Shown: piece by piece, positions 31,421-41,572 of the stretch
How the letters are laid out: each line of letters begins with the position of its first letter
Position numbering within the stretch: position 1 is the first letter of the stretch
Assembly: GCA_963721455.1 (NCBI GenBank)
Contig: CAVRJG010000039.1
Span: 96,001 to 160,000 of the forward strand
Direction: 5' to 3'
From: an uncultured Methanosarcinaceae archaeon
GTDB lineage: Archaea; Halobacteriota; Methanosarcinia; Methanosarcinales; Methanosarcinaceae
Length of the DNA stretch: 64,000 nucleotides
Translations under genes and position numbers: made by a program
The notes under the pieces: model-generated
Database searches by the model: none
Told to the model about the DNA's origin: nothing
Seen by the model: the letters and a program-made list of their open reading frames with translations, nothing else

Positions 31421-32152
31421 ATGCAGGAAAATCCAGAATCTCAAGAAAAAAAGGTAACTAAAGGAAACTTTATTGAAGTGCCGGGGGTACCTAAAGCCGA
31501 ATCTAAAGAGGAAACAGGTGCGAGCCCTGAGGGAAAAACCGAAGAGGAAGTCAGTGGAAGTACTACATCTCTGGAAAGAGAGGAGCCGAAAGGAAGCGAA
31601 TTTAAGGCTCCAGGAGAACTAGAAACTGGCTATACAGAGGAGTCGTGGGCAAAGCCTCAGAGAGACATGGAAGAAAAAGAAGCCATAGAAAGCCCCTCAC
31701 TCGAAGAGAGAAAAGTCCCTGAAGGAAGCGAATTCAAGGCTCCGGGAGAACTTGAAACTGGCTATACCGAGGAATCATGGGCAAAGCCTCAGAGAGATAT
31801 GGAAGAAAAATCCACTGTAAAACCCGGGGAGAAAAGAGAAGAGAAAACCAGAGAAGAAGCCGGGGAGAAAAGAGAAGAGAAAACCAGAGAAGAAGCCGAG
31901 GAAGAAAAACGCACCACCTACACCATGAAGAAGCGCCTGACTAAAAGCAAGAAAGAACGTATGCTCTTTGGAGTCTGCGGCGGGTTAGGAGAGTACTTTG
32001 ATATTGATCCGACCTTCATAAGGCTTGCTTTTGCAGTCCTTGCTCTGCAAGGAATCGGCATTGTCGTATATATTATCCTGGCAATAATCATGCCCTCGGA
32101 AGAGAGCTTTGAGATGGTTCCCCGCACCCGGGGCAGCAATCTCCAGAGATGA
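31421..32152 (+). CDS. PspC domain protein with repetitive acidic N-terminus
   Basis: C-terminal KRLTKSKKERMLFGVCGGLGEYFDIDPT; duplicated GSEFKAPGELETGYTEESWAKPQRDMEEK. Confidence 0.85.
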   Translation: MQENPESQEKKVTKGNFIEVPGVPKAESKEETGASPEGKTEEEVSGSTTSLEREEPKGSEFKAPGELETGYTEESWAKPQRDMEEKEAIESPSLEERKVPEGSEFKAPGELETGYTEESWAKPQRDMEEKSTVKPGEKREEKTREEAGEKREEKTREEAEEEKRTTYTMKKRLTKSKKERMLFGVCGGLGEYFDIDPTFIRLAFAVLALQGIGIVVYIILAIIMPSEESFEMVPRTRGSNLQR

Positions 32153-32576
32153 GATTTAACCAGGCTGGAGAAAACGCCTGGACAAGCTGGCTGCAGCCGA
32201 TTCCCCGGTGCATCCTTTATAGCCCGGACACAATCTTTCATAGCTGATATCTGTCTCCTGTTCAGGCAGAGGAAATGATAAAATCGTGGATTACGGACGA
32301 AATTTTCATTTTTTTTCGGGGAATTATTTTTCGCAGTTTTCTATTTTTTCAGCGTTTAAATTTTAGTTTAGAGCTTCTACTGTTGTGGAATCAGAAACAG
32401 CGTACCTTCTGGTAAAAGCCTGAAGTTATGCTAAAGAACCATTGCTGCAAGAAGGCCGAATAAAAATAAAAAGCATTGCTGAAAAACATGGAATTCTACA
32501 GAAAAGGGACAAGCTTGCCAGAAAGAGAGTAAGAACAATTTGTTGAGGCTAATTAGAAGTAAGCAAAAGGATTAAG

Positions 32577-32651
32577 CGGGCTCGAAGGGATTTGAACCCT
32601 CGACGTCTGGGTTAGAAGCCCAGCGCTATATCCTGGCTAAGCCACGAGCCC
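32577..32651 (-). tRNA. tRNA-Arg(TCT)
   Basis: GGGCTCG...CGAGCCCG; anticodon arm CTGGG-CTTCTAA-CCCAG. Confidence 0.96.
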
Positions 32652-33004
32652 AATTTGCTTTTCCTATTGCGGAATACGAAATGCGCGTTTTAAGATAAAA
32701 ACTTTTTGTATGGATATGTTAATTGGAATTGTGAAAAATCTTAAAATATTTATATAGAAGCGGAATTGTAATATATATTCAGTATCTACCCGCTTATTCA
32801 ACATTTTACTTAAAAATTTGCCAGTATGGAAACTTCCCCTGAGGCTTTGAATTTTTAAAACCCTGCGCAGAGCTTACATACTGTCAATGAATGAAAAAGT
32901 AAATGGCCTATTGAAATTTGCATATTAAAAATTATATTTGATTGAAATTATCAAGAAAAAAGGTAAACTCTACAGGTAATAAGATTTCAGAGGATTGTTC
33001 GCAA

Positions 33005-33883
33005 ATGAGTGAGTTACTGATTTACTTGGATGGGAAATTTGTTCCCAAATCCGAAGCCAGGGTTTCGGTCTATGACCACGGTTTCCTCTATGGTGACGGT
33101 GTGTTTGAAGGTATAAGGGCCTACAACGGGCGTGTCTTTAAGTTAAAAGAGCATGTTGACAGGCTTTATGACTCGGCAAAAGCAATTGCAATGGATATCC
33201 CTTTTACAAAAGAAGAGATGAGTGAGATAATCCTTGAAACCCTCAGGAAAAACAATCTCAAAGACGCTTACATCCGCCCAATCGTTTCAAGAGGAGTTGG
33301 AGATCTCGGGCTTGACCCTCGGCACTGCGAAAAGCCCACCGTGGTTGTTATAGCTCAGGGCTGGGGAGCCATGTACGGCGACCTCTACGAAGTTGGGTTG
33401 AAAGGAGTCAGCGTTTGTATCCGGAGAAACGCGCCTGATGCCCTATCTCCGAATATCAAATCTCTGAACTATCTGAATAATATCCTGGCAAAGATTGAAG
33501 CAAACGAGAAAGGAGGAGACGAAGCCATTTTCCTGGACCAGAACGGTTTTGTTTGTGAGGGCTCCGGAGACAATATCTTCATAGTCAAGAACAATCAGGT
33601 CTTTACTCCCTTTACGATCAGCAATTTGAAAGGGATTACAAGAGCCACAGCCATCGAACTCCTGGATGAGATGGGATATAAGGTAATCGAAGCAAATCTC
33701 GGCCTATTTGACCTTTACACAGCAGATGAAATCTTTGTCACAGGTACCGCAGCCGAATCTGCCCCTCTGACCAAACTTGACGGAAGGCTCATAGGCACAG
33801 GCAAACCCGGGCCCCTGACAATGAAGATGGTTGAAGCCTTTGACAAAATAACCCAGAGCACGGGCACACCCATTTATAAATAA
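33005..33883 (+). CDS. ilvE: Branched-chain amino acid aminotransferase
   Basis: [34 protein letters not shown] and VTGTAAE motifs. Confidence 0.96.
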   Translation: MSELLIYLDGKFVPKSEARVSVYDHGFLYGDGVFEGIRAYNGRVFKLKEHVDRLYDSAKAIAMDIPFTKEEMSEIILETLRKNNLKDAYIRPIVSRGVGDLGLDPRHCEKPTVVVIAQGWGAMYGDLYEVGLKGVSVCIRRNAPDALSPNIKSLNYLNNILAKIEANEKGGDEAIFLDQNGFVCEGSGDNIFIVKNNQVFTPFTISNLKGITRATAIELLDEMGYKVIEANLGLFDLYTADEIFVTGTAAESAPLTKLDGRLIGTGKPGPLTMKMVEAFDKITQSTGTPIYK

Positions 33884-34240
33884 AAGGGCAGCCCTGAAGA
33901 ATGAAAGGAAAAAGCACGCAATAAAATCACGCGGGACTTTTCCCGCCCCGGTTCTTTTTTTGACCAGTGTTTTGGAGCAGCTCCTCTTTCAGCTTCCTTT
34001 TGAGCTTTTCCTTTAGCTTCTATTTGAGTTTCTACTAGCAGATTTCCTTCCTGCGGTCCGAGCAAAGCTGTTCCCATCAGGTTTGTTTCTCTTTGACAGC
34101 TTTTCTCGAATAGAGCCTGCTTTATGCTAACTGCCTACAGTATCTCCCCTCAAAGGAAAAAGTAAGTATAACACAGGCCGGGAAATGCTATTAAACTAAA
34201 AAATCCATCTGAAGGCCGGTAGAATTAGGGTTAGATTTCT

Positions 34241-36169
34241 ATGAAGCGCAAAGAGTTTCGGAAACTTGTCTCTGTGGAGAAAGCACAGGAAATAATAAAC
34301 AGCCTGCGGGTTATTCCTGGAAAGGAAGGCTCAGCCCTTGAAAACGCACACGGAAAAATCCTTGCAGAGGATATTGTTACCGAAATTAATGTTCCTCCTT
34401 TTCCAAGAGCTGTAATGGATGGTTATGCCGTCAGGGCAGAAGATACGTATACCTGCAGCGAAACCGAGCCTGTAAGGTTAAGGATGCTGGGGAATATCCC
34501 CGCAGGCTCGGATGCAAAATTCACGGTTTCTGCAGGGGAAGCCGTGGAAATAGCTACTGGAGCACCCATCCCCGAAGGCGCCGATTCTGTGGTCATGGTC
34601 GAATACAGCTCTGAAGAAGACGGAACCGTGTCGATTTACAGACCTGTAGCTATGGGAGAAAACATCATGAAAGCTGGTTCGGACATCCTGAAAGGAGAAC
34701 GTGTACTCAGGGCAGGACGGAAACTCGGAACCAGGGAAATCGGGGTGCTTGCTTCTGTCGGAAAAAACGAGGTCCCTATCCTTAAATTGCAGGTCGGGAT
34801 AATCTCAACAGGAGACGAACTTATGCGTCCCGGAGAAAAACTTGTTTCCGGGAAGGTATACGATGCCAATTCCTATACATTATACGCCGGGGTACAGGAG
34901 TGCGGAGCCTTCCCCCTGCTTTACGGGATTATAAAGGACAATGAGACGATCATGAAAAAGGCACTTGAAACTGCGGTTTCGGAATGTGCCCTGGTCCTGA
35001 CTTCTGGCAGCACATCATCCGGAGCCGGGGATGTGGTGTACAGGCTGATAGATGAAATAGGAGAAACCCTTGTCCACGGTATTAATATAAAACCCGGAAA
35101 ACCTGTGGTTATTGGCGTAATAAAAGGCGTCCCCATTATAGGGCTGCCTGGAAACCCCACATCCGCATTAATGATTTTTAACGAATTCGTAGCTCCCCTT
35201 CTCAGGAAAGCCCTTGGAGTCGAAACAGGGCTCAAAAAGGTAGAAAACGGAATTATGGGCACTGGTTTCCGTTCCGAAGGAAGACAGCAGCTCCTTCCGG
35301 TAGGCCTGATTCGGGGACGGGTGTATCCCGCAGATAGAGGTTCGGGTGCCATAACCTCCCTTTCAGGAGCAGATGGCTTTATCGAGATTCCGTCCAGTAC
35401 CGAATTTATTGAGGCAGGGACCCCTGTTGAAGTGACCCTTTTCGGAGAAGTTGAAAAACCCGACCTGCTGATAGCAGGCGGCTTCTGTCCAGGCCTTGAC
35501 CTGCTTGAAGACCTTAGCGGACTTCGCTTCAGGACACTTTATACTGGGTCAAGCGGGGGCTTCAGTGCAATTGCCGCAAACACAGCCGATATTGCAGGTG
35601 TGAATATGCCTTCAATATATCCCGGAGAGCAGGCTGGCATTCTGTACAATACCCCGACAATCGAGAATATGAGGCTTTCAGATGTTGTACTTGTCAAAGG
35701 ATACAGGCGGGAAGTAGGGCTTCTTGTCAGGCAGGACAGCCCGATTTCAGGGCTTTCGGATCTTCCAGGCAAACGCCTGATTAACCGGAACCTCGGTTCG
35801 GGCACAAGAGCTCTTTTTGATCTGAAAATTGCAGAACTCGCAGGTAAAAAGGGAATTAGCAAAAAGGATTTCACGGATTTTATACCCGGATATGCATCTG
35901 GAGCAAAATCGGAGGTTGCGATCTGTGAAACAGTTGCCTCAGGAAAGGCCGATGCAGGAGTAGGAATAAGAAATTGTGCCGAAAAGAGCGGCCTTAAATT
36001 CATAAAATTTGCAGAGGAAGAGTATGATTTCCTTATAAGGAGAGAAGTGCTGGAAACTCCCGAAGTCCGCCAGTTCCTCAAAATTCTTAATTCCGACGAA
36101 TTCGCTTCAAAGCTCCAGGCAGGGCTTCAGGTGTATGAGAGGACAGGAGAGATGATTTCCTTTGAATAA
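34241..36169 (+). CDS. moeA: Molybdopterin molybdenumtransferase MoeA fused to PBP (LysR substrate-binding-like) domain
   Basis: MDGYAV, IATGAPIP, STGDEL, KPGKP and LPGNP motifs; C-terminal INRNLGSGTR. Confidence 0.92.
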   Translation: MKRKEFRKLVSVEKAQEIINSLRVIPGKEGSALENAHGKILAEDIVTEINVPPFPRAVMDGYAVRAEDTYTCSETEPVRLRMLGNIPAGSDAKFTVSAGEAVEIATGAPIPEGADSVVMVEYSSEEDGTVSIYRPVAMGENIMKAGSDILKGERVLRAGRKLGTREIGVLASVGKNEVPILKLQVGIISTGDELMRPGEKLVSGKVYDANSYTLYAGVQECGAFPLLYGIIKDNETIMKKALETAVSECALVLTSGSTSSGAGDVVYRLIDEIGETLVHGINIKPGKPVVIGVIKGVPIIGLPGNPTSALMIFNEFVAPLLRKALGVETGLKKVENGIMGTGFRSEGRQQLLPVGLIRGRVYPADRGSGAITSLSGADGFIEIPSSTEFIEAGTPVEVTLFGEVEKPDLLIAGGFCPGLDLLEDLSGLRFRTLYTGSSGGFSAIAANTADIAGVNMPSIYPGEQAGILYNTPTIENMRLSDVVLVKGYRREVGLLVRQDSPISGLSDLPGKRLINRNLGSGTRALFDLKIAELAGKKGISKKDFTDFIPGYASGAKSEVAICETVASGKADAGVGIRNCAEKSGLKFIKFAEEEYDFLIRREVLETPEVRQFLKILNSDEFASKLQAGLQVYERTGEMISFE

Positions 36170-36464
36170 GGCTTTCTTTATGAATATTTATTAGAACCGT
36201 ACCTTTCAATAAGCCTTAAATATTATTACTGTCAATATTATACTTATTAAGAGATACAAATGAACCCGAATATCCTTACCATTCAGAACCAGTAAATAAA
36301 ACCATTCCATAGGTATATATATTTCATTCAACTATTCAGGATAAAATATCCAGATAACGGATCTGTTTTAGATCAAAAAGGTTTGTAGAGACCGTATGGA
36401 TGCGGTTTATTTTTTCAAGTAATATGAAAATCATTTATTCAGTCCCGAAATCGGCAGGTTCCAG

Positions 36465-37559
36465 ATGAGCAGTATACAGGAGCAAATCCAGGAAGTAGAA
36501 GACGAAATCCGAAAGACCCAGTACAACAAGGCAACTTCCCACCACATAGGCAGGCTGAAAGCCAAGATAGCCCGTATGAGGGATGAAGTAGAAAAGAAAT
36601 CCTCGGCAAAAAGCGGAGGGGAAGGGTACTCGGTAAGAAAATCCGGAGATGGAACCGTAACCCTCGTGGGTTTTCCATCAGTAGGGAAATCTACACTTCT
36701 GAACAAGCTCACGGATGCCAAGTCAGAAGTAGGGGCATATGATTTCACGACTCTTACAGTTATCCCTGGAGTGCTCGACCACAAAGGAGCGACAATCCAG
36801 TTCCTTGACGTGCCAGGGCTTGTGAAAGGTGCATCTTCAGGGCGTGGGCGCGGAAAAGAAGTCATATCGGTTGTCCGGAACTCGGACATGGTTGTATTTT
36901 TGCTTGATGTCTTCCAGCCCAAACATTACGAAGTACTTATGGACGAACTTTACCAGGCAGGGATCCGAGTGGATGAAGGGGCTCCTGATGTGGTAATCAA
37001 GAAAAAAGACAGGGGTGGAATAGAGATCAACTCAACCATTGACCTTGACCTGGACGATGAAACTATCAAGGCTGTGCTGGATGAGTACAAGATCCATAAT
37101 GCCAGCGTACTTATAAGGGAAAATATAACAGTTGACCAGCTTATTGACGTTGTCCTGAACAACCGCAGTTATGTCAGGTCACTTATAGCCATTAATAAGG
37201 TTGACCTTGCCTATCCGCAGCTGATCGAAGAATGCAGGAAAATATACCCGGACTCACTCTTCATTTCAGCCCACAAAGGTATCAACATTGAAACCCTCAA
37301 AGACTCTATTTACGACCGGCTGGGTTTCATTCGGGTTTACTTAAAGCCGCAGGGCCAGGCCGCAGATATGGAAGAGCCCCTGATAGTTATGAGCGGAACC
37401 AGTATAGGCCAGATCTGTGACCGTCTGCACCGGGATTTCCGCAGAAAATTCCGCTATGCCCATGTATGGGGTACATCCGCAAAACATCCCGGGCAGCGAG
37501 TTGGTCTTGAACACAGAATGCAGGATGAAGATATTCTTACAGTTATCATTCAGAAGTAA
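36465..37559 (+). CDS. DRG/Rbg family GTP-binding protein with TGS domain
   Basis: YNKATSHHIG, GFPSVGKS, YDFTT, DVPG, NKVD and WGTSAKHPGQRVG motifs. Confidence 0.95.
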   Translation: MSSIQEQIQEVEDEIRKTQYNKATSHHIGRLKAKIARMRDEVEKKSSAKSGGEGYSVRKSGDGTVTLVGFPSVGKSTLLNKLTDAKSEVGAYDFTTLTVIPGVLDHKGATIQFLDVPGLVKGASSGRGRGKEVISVVRNSDMVVFLLDVFQPKHYEVLMDELYQAGIRVDEGAPDVVIKKKDRGGIEINSTIDLDLDDETIKAVLDEYKIHNASVLIRENITVDQLIDVVLNNRSYVRSLIAINKVDLAYPQLIEECRKIYPDSLFISAHKGINIETLKDSIYDRLGFIRVYLKPQGQAADMEEPLIVMSGTSIGQICDRLHRDFRRKFRYAHVWGTSAKHPGQRVGLEHRMQDEDILTVIIQK

Positions 37560-37622
37560 AAGAAAATCCGGGAAACGAAAAAGAAAAATCCGAACCTTTC
37601 GCATCCCGCACTTTTTTCGGAT

Positions 37623-39728
37623 TTATGCGCTCTCAAAGGCATTTATTGTCTCAGAGGCATTTGAGAAAACACTTCTCTCACTGTCATTTTCGGAATCAAT
37701 GGAGCTACTGGCTTCGACTTCCTCCTCAAACTCAGCAGCACATTCAGCCGGGCTTTTCCTGGGAGTGGTTTCAGGTATTTTCCTGGAAATCTCGATTTTT
37801 CCGGCAGCTTCGAGACCGTACCTTTCTTTTGCAGCTTCAATGATGGCTGCAAGCATTTCGGAGTAAGAAATATCAGCGTAAGCTGCCATCTTTGCCAGGT
37901 GCCCGTCCCAGCACCAGCCTGGGTTAGGGTTTACTTCAAGGAGCCTGGGTTTTCCTTCAGCGTCAAGCCTCCAGTCAAAACGAGCATAATCCCGGCAGCC
38001 CAGCCTGCTGAAAAGAGCAAGACAACATTTCACAATTTCCGTTTGGGTCTTTTCCGGGAGATCTGCAGGCACAGATTTGATCTTCCAGTAAGGAGAATCC
38101 GGAAGCCATTTGGCCTCATAGCCACAGATCTTTGGAAGTTCGTCAGGAACTGCCGAGTAATCTTCCTCCGTGATAGGCAGTACGGTATATGCAGGCGGGT
38201 TTCCGATAATGCCAACACTGATATCTTTTCCAGGAAGGAATTCTTCCAGCAGAAAAGGCTTATCTGACCCTATTTTTTCCCGGGTTTCAGCCAGAATTTC
38301 GAGAAGCTCCTCCAGGCTGTGGACGATACTTTTCTGTGTGATTCCAAAACTCGAGTCCCCTGAGTTAGGCTTTATAAGTAAGGGAAAAGAAAGCTTTGTA
38401 AGGTCAGAGTCCCCGATCACAAGCGTTCCCTTTGCGACAGGAATTCGCATCTCTCTGGCAACTCCCCTTACAATGGACTTGTCATAACAGAAAGCAAGGC
38501 ATTGAGGGCCTGCTCCTGTATAAGGGATATTGAGCTGTTCAAGCAAGGCCGGAACATGAAGTTCTTTTGTGGGATCATTGTAAAAGCCCTCATCACAGAG
38601 GTTAAGTACAAGATCGATTTTTCCTGCCTTCTTCTTCAGATCATCAATCAGCGTTTCATGCCTGTCAAAGAAAGTAAATCTCATGAAAGGAATCTCTGAA
38701 AGTGCCTTTTTCATTTTCTCAAGCGTGTCGAAATCATCGTCGTCGAACACACAGGCAGGCTTGACCTGGTCTTCTTTTCTCGGATCTCCCAGCACGACTG
38801 CAATGTTCATGGGTTTTTTATTTTCAGCTGCCTGAAGAGAAGAAGACCAGGGTTTTTCAACAGAGGCAGAGAGCAGGATTCTCTGTTCCATCATGCCTGC
38901 GTCCTGAGTGCCTGCGGATACAGGACTGAAGGTTGTATGAAAAGTGGGACTGCTAAAGCCTGACGCAGTAAGCAGCTCAAAAAGGCTTTCCTTATTGTAT
39001 AACCTCTCAGCATAAAACTGATCTGCAATTATCCCCCTGTCAATGCGGCTTATCACTTCCCTGCAAATTAGCCTGTCTCCATCTGCTGAAAGAGCCCTTT
39101 CCCTGCAGACAAAGTACTTTCTGTCCAGCCACTCCCATGACCTGGGCTGGAAACTCTTTTTCATATGATCTCCGTCTACGGCATCAATGAAAACTCTACC
39201 CTCGGGCTTCAGAACTCTGAAAATTTCTTCAAGAACTTTTCGATCCTGGAGAGTTGAATCAAAGTACCCAAAACTGTTGCCCATGATAGTAACTACATCA
39301 AAAGTATCAGAAGGATAGGGAAGCTTTCTTGCGTCCCCCTCTCTGAACCTGACCTGCAGGTTTTCCTTCTGTGCTCTGGTCCTGGCTTTCCTGATAAGGT
39401 ACTGGGACCTATCATACCCCTCTACGTTTGAAAACCCTCTTCTTGCCAGCTCAAGTACGTGTCTTCCCTGTCCGCAACAGAGATCAAGGATTTTGTCTTC
39501 AGGAGCCACCCCCAAAATGGAAACAATGAGATCGACCTCTTTCCTGGTTACCTCCAAATCATCCAGAAGATCGGCATCGGTCTTAAGATAAAGTGAGTTA
39601 AAAAGAGTCTGCCACCAGTCGGACCGGACATGAGTTTCAAGGTCTTCAACAGGCCCGAAGGTTTTCTTCTGTACAGCACCCTTAGCGCGTTTGCGCTTGT
39701 TATTTGTATCTGTATTATTCTGGGTCAT
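37623..39728 (-). CDS. Class I SAM methyltransferase fused to D-Ala-D-Ala-ligase-like ATP-grasp domain
   Basis: ILDLCCGQGRH and GNSFGYF (MTase); IPYTG, KPNSGDSSFGI, EEFLPG, DYARFDWR and LEVNPNPG (ATP-grasp). Confidence 0.9.
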   Translation of the reverse strand: MTQNNTDTNNKRKRAKGAVQKKTFGPVEDLETHVRSDWWQTLFNSLYLKTDADLLDDLEVTRKEVDLIVSILGVAPEDKILDLCCGQGRHVLELARRGFSNVEGYDRSQYLIRKARTRAQKENLQVRFREGDARKLPYPSDTFDVVTIMGNSFGYFDSTLQDRKVLEEIFRVLKPEGRVFIDAVDGDHMKKSFQPRSWEWLDRKYFVCRERALSADGDRLICREVISRIDRGIIADQFYAERLYNKESLFELLTASGFSSPTFHTTFSPVSAGTQDAGMMEQRILLSASVEKPWSSSLQAAENKKPMNIAVVLGDPRKEDQVKPACVFDDDDFDTLEKMKKALSEIPFMRFTFFDRHETLIDDLKKKAGKIDLVLNLCDEGFYNDPTKELHVPALLEQLNIPYTGAGPQCLAFCYDKSIVRGVAREMRIPVAKGTLVIGDSDLTKLSFPLLIKPNSGDSSFGITQKSIVHSLEELLEILAETREKIGSDKPFLLEEFLPGKDISVGIIGNPPAYTVLPITEEDYSAVPDELPKICGYEAKWLPDSPYWKIKSVPADLPEKTQTEIVKCCLALFSRLGCRDYARFDWRLDAEGKPRLLEVNPNPGWCWDGHLAKMAAYADISYSEMLAAIIEAAKERYGLEAAGKIEISRKIPETTPRKSPAECAAEFEEEVEASSSIDSENDSERSVFSNASETINAFESA

Positions 39729-39917
39729 GATCTTATATCTTCCAGAAAAAAGTGTATGTGCTTTGAGTATATCAAGTTTATCAGAGGGTTGGGAGCCTTT
39801 TATATACCCTTGAAGAAAGAGAGTAAACTTATTTAGGGATAATAGAGCTTTAAATTGAGTTTTAAGCAGCAATAAGCCGCCCAAGCCAGTTCAAAGAGAA
39901 TATATTACTTTTAAGAG

Positions 39918-41189
39918 TTAAAGAAAAATAAAATAGATAATAGCATCTAAAAACGTTATTAAAGCTCCAATTCGGAAGAATTCAGCAAAAGAAAGGGTTT
40001 CCCCCTCTTTTTCTGCGTTCTGGATAATTATAACGTTGCTTGCAGCCCCCAGGATTAACAGGTTACCCGCAATTGTACTTCCCGCAGCAAGCGCCATCAG
40101 CTGCCCCTGAGAAACTCCACTGCCCATAGCAGGCAGGTAGAGCGCAACAAATGGGACATTAGAAATAAGCTGACTGAGTCCAACGCTGAGGCCCAGGATC
40201 ATTGGCACCGAGCCTAACTGCGGAGACATCCTGCCAAGCAGTTCCTGGCATGTCCCGGAAATCCACACGCTTTCCATCAGCACAAACATCGAAACGAAAA
40301 AAACCAGAGTTGCCCAGTCAATATTTCTCAGAATCTCAATGCGTTTTCTACTGAGCAAGACAGGCGATGCGGAGAAAAGAGCAAGCCAGCTCAGACTGAA
40401 GTCCCAGGCAGGCAAAAATTCCACAAGAAAGACCTTACAGGCTATAAGAATTAGCATAAGGGAGAGAGCCATTTTTGCAACCCTGGCCAGTTCAGGATCG
40501 GTAATGATTTCTTCAGAATGGATCAGGGCTGATTTTCCGAATTCCTGCCAGAAAAAGAGTCTCAGAACGGCATAAGCAATTATGAGGCATATAAAAGTTG
40601 GCAGAGCGAGTGAACGCAAAAAAGTTACAAAAGGAGCATCCAGGTTTCCATCGACTGCTATGAGAAGGTTCTGAGGGTTTCCTATAGGGCTCATAACGCT
40701 TCCGGTAGTTACGCCGAAAGCCAGCGCAAAGAGCATGAGCTTGGGGGAGATATCGTACTTTCTGGAAAAACTCAGGACTAATGGAGTGCCCATAATTGCC
40801 AGGGTATCGTTCATAAGGATTGCAGAAAGAATTCCCGTAGAAAAGAGTACGAGCAAAACAAGTTGATCCGTATTCTTCGCCCTGGAAACTATCCGGCTTC
40901 CGAGCCAGGCAAGATACCCGCTCCTGTTAAGCGCCTCTCCCACGCAAAAAGCCCCGAAAAGGAAAATGAGTACGTCAGTGTTAATTGCCCCCAGAGCTTC
41001 TTCAGGCGAAATCTCGCCGAGCAATAGTACCGATATAGCTCCTAATGTCATGACCTGCCAGATCTGCAGTCTCAAAGACCCGACCTGCCTGAGAGCGGTC
41101 AGTACAAAGACGCCCAGAAGGATAAGTACTGAAAGGTCAGGTAAAGGTACGAGAAAAGACATTATAGACTCTGTTGCCATAGAACTCAT
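39918..41189 (-). CDS. IT-superfamily anion permease (CitMHS/ArsB/NhaD-like)
   Basis: SAILMNDT, SPIGNPQN, SNVP and GSTIAGNLLILGAASN motifs. Confidence 0.9.
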   Translation of the reverse strand: MSSMATESIMSFLVPLPDLSVLILLGVFVLTALRQVGSLRLQIWQVMTLGAISVLLLGEISPEEALGAINTDVLIFLFGAFCVGEALNRSGYLAWLGSRIVSRAKNTDQLVLLVLFSTGILSAILMNDTLAIMGTPLVLSFSRKYDISPKLMLFALAFGVTTGSVMSPIGNPQNLLIAVDGNLDAPFVTFLRSLALPTFICLIIAYAVLRLFFWQEFGKSALIHSEEIITDPELARVAKMALSLMLILIACKVFLVEFLPAWDFSLSWLALFSASPVLLSRKRIEILRNIDWATLVFFVSMFVLMESVWISGTCQELLGRMSPQLGSVPMILGLSVGLSQLISNVPFVALYLPAMGSGVSQGQLMALAAGSTIAGNLLILGAASNVIIIQNAEKEGETLSFAEFFRIGALITFLDAIIYFIFL

Positions 41190-41333
41190 AAACCTTATAA
41201 GATAAATTTAGAATGTGATACCTGCGCAAGTATAAAATTCCTGCGCTTCAGGAGATATTTTCCAGAGAAAAGAAGCTCTGGAGAATATGGAAAGTGCGAA
41301 ACCCTTAAAATGGACTGAATGATATTTTAAAGT

Positions 41334-41525
41334 GTGACAATATGGTTTCCTTTTTCTGCAACTATCCTTCAGGAAGGGAATTTCTATGTTTCAATCTGCC
41401 CTGAAGCTGATGTAATTTGCAAGGGAAAGACTGTTGAAGAAGCCATTGAAAACCTGAAAAGAGAGGTCGAAAAATTCCTGGGAGAAGAGCTGCCCCAGGG
41501 GTTTTCGAAAATTGTGTATTATTAG
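41334..41525 (+). CDS. HicB/UPF0150-like small protein
   Basis: EGNFYVSICPEADVICKGKTVEEAIENLKR is HicB N-domain-like. Confidence 0.75.
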   Translation: MTIWFPFSATILQEGNFYVSICPEADVICKGKTVEEAIENLKREVEKFLGEELPQGFSKIVYY

Positions 41526-41572
41526 ATGCCGCCAATGCAGTGGTCTGGGAAACAAAAAATTGATTAAAAGCC

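Noticed and set aside
33874-34077. 67-aa minus-strand ORF between ilvE and moeA
   Set aside because: Low-complexity intergenic sequence overlapping the ilvE end and its terminator.
41523-41567. Pyrrolysine read-through of TAG stops (also 10327 and 54436)
   Set aside because: Read-through would add only a few residues (at most about 14) with no recognisable domain.
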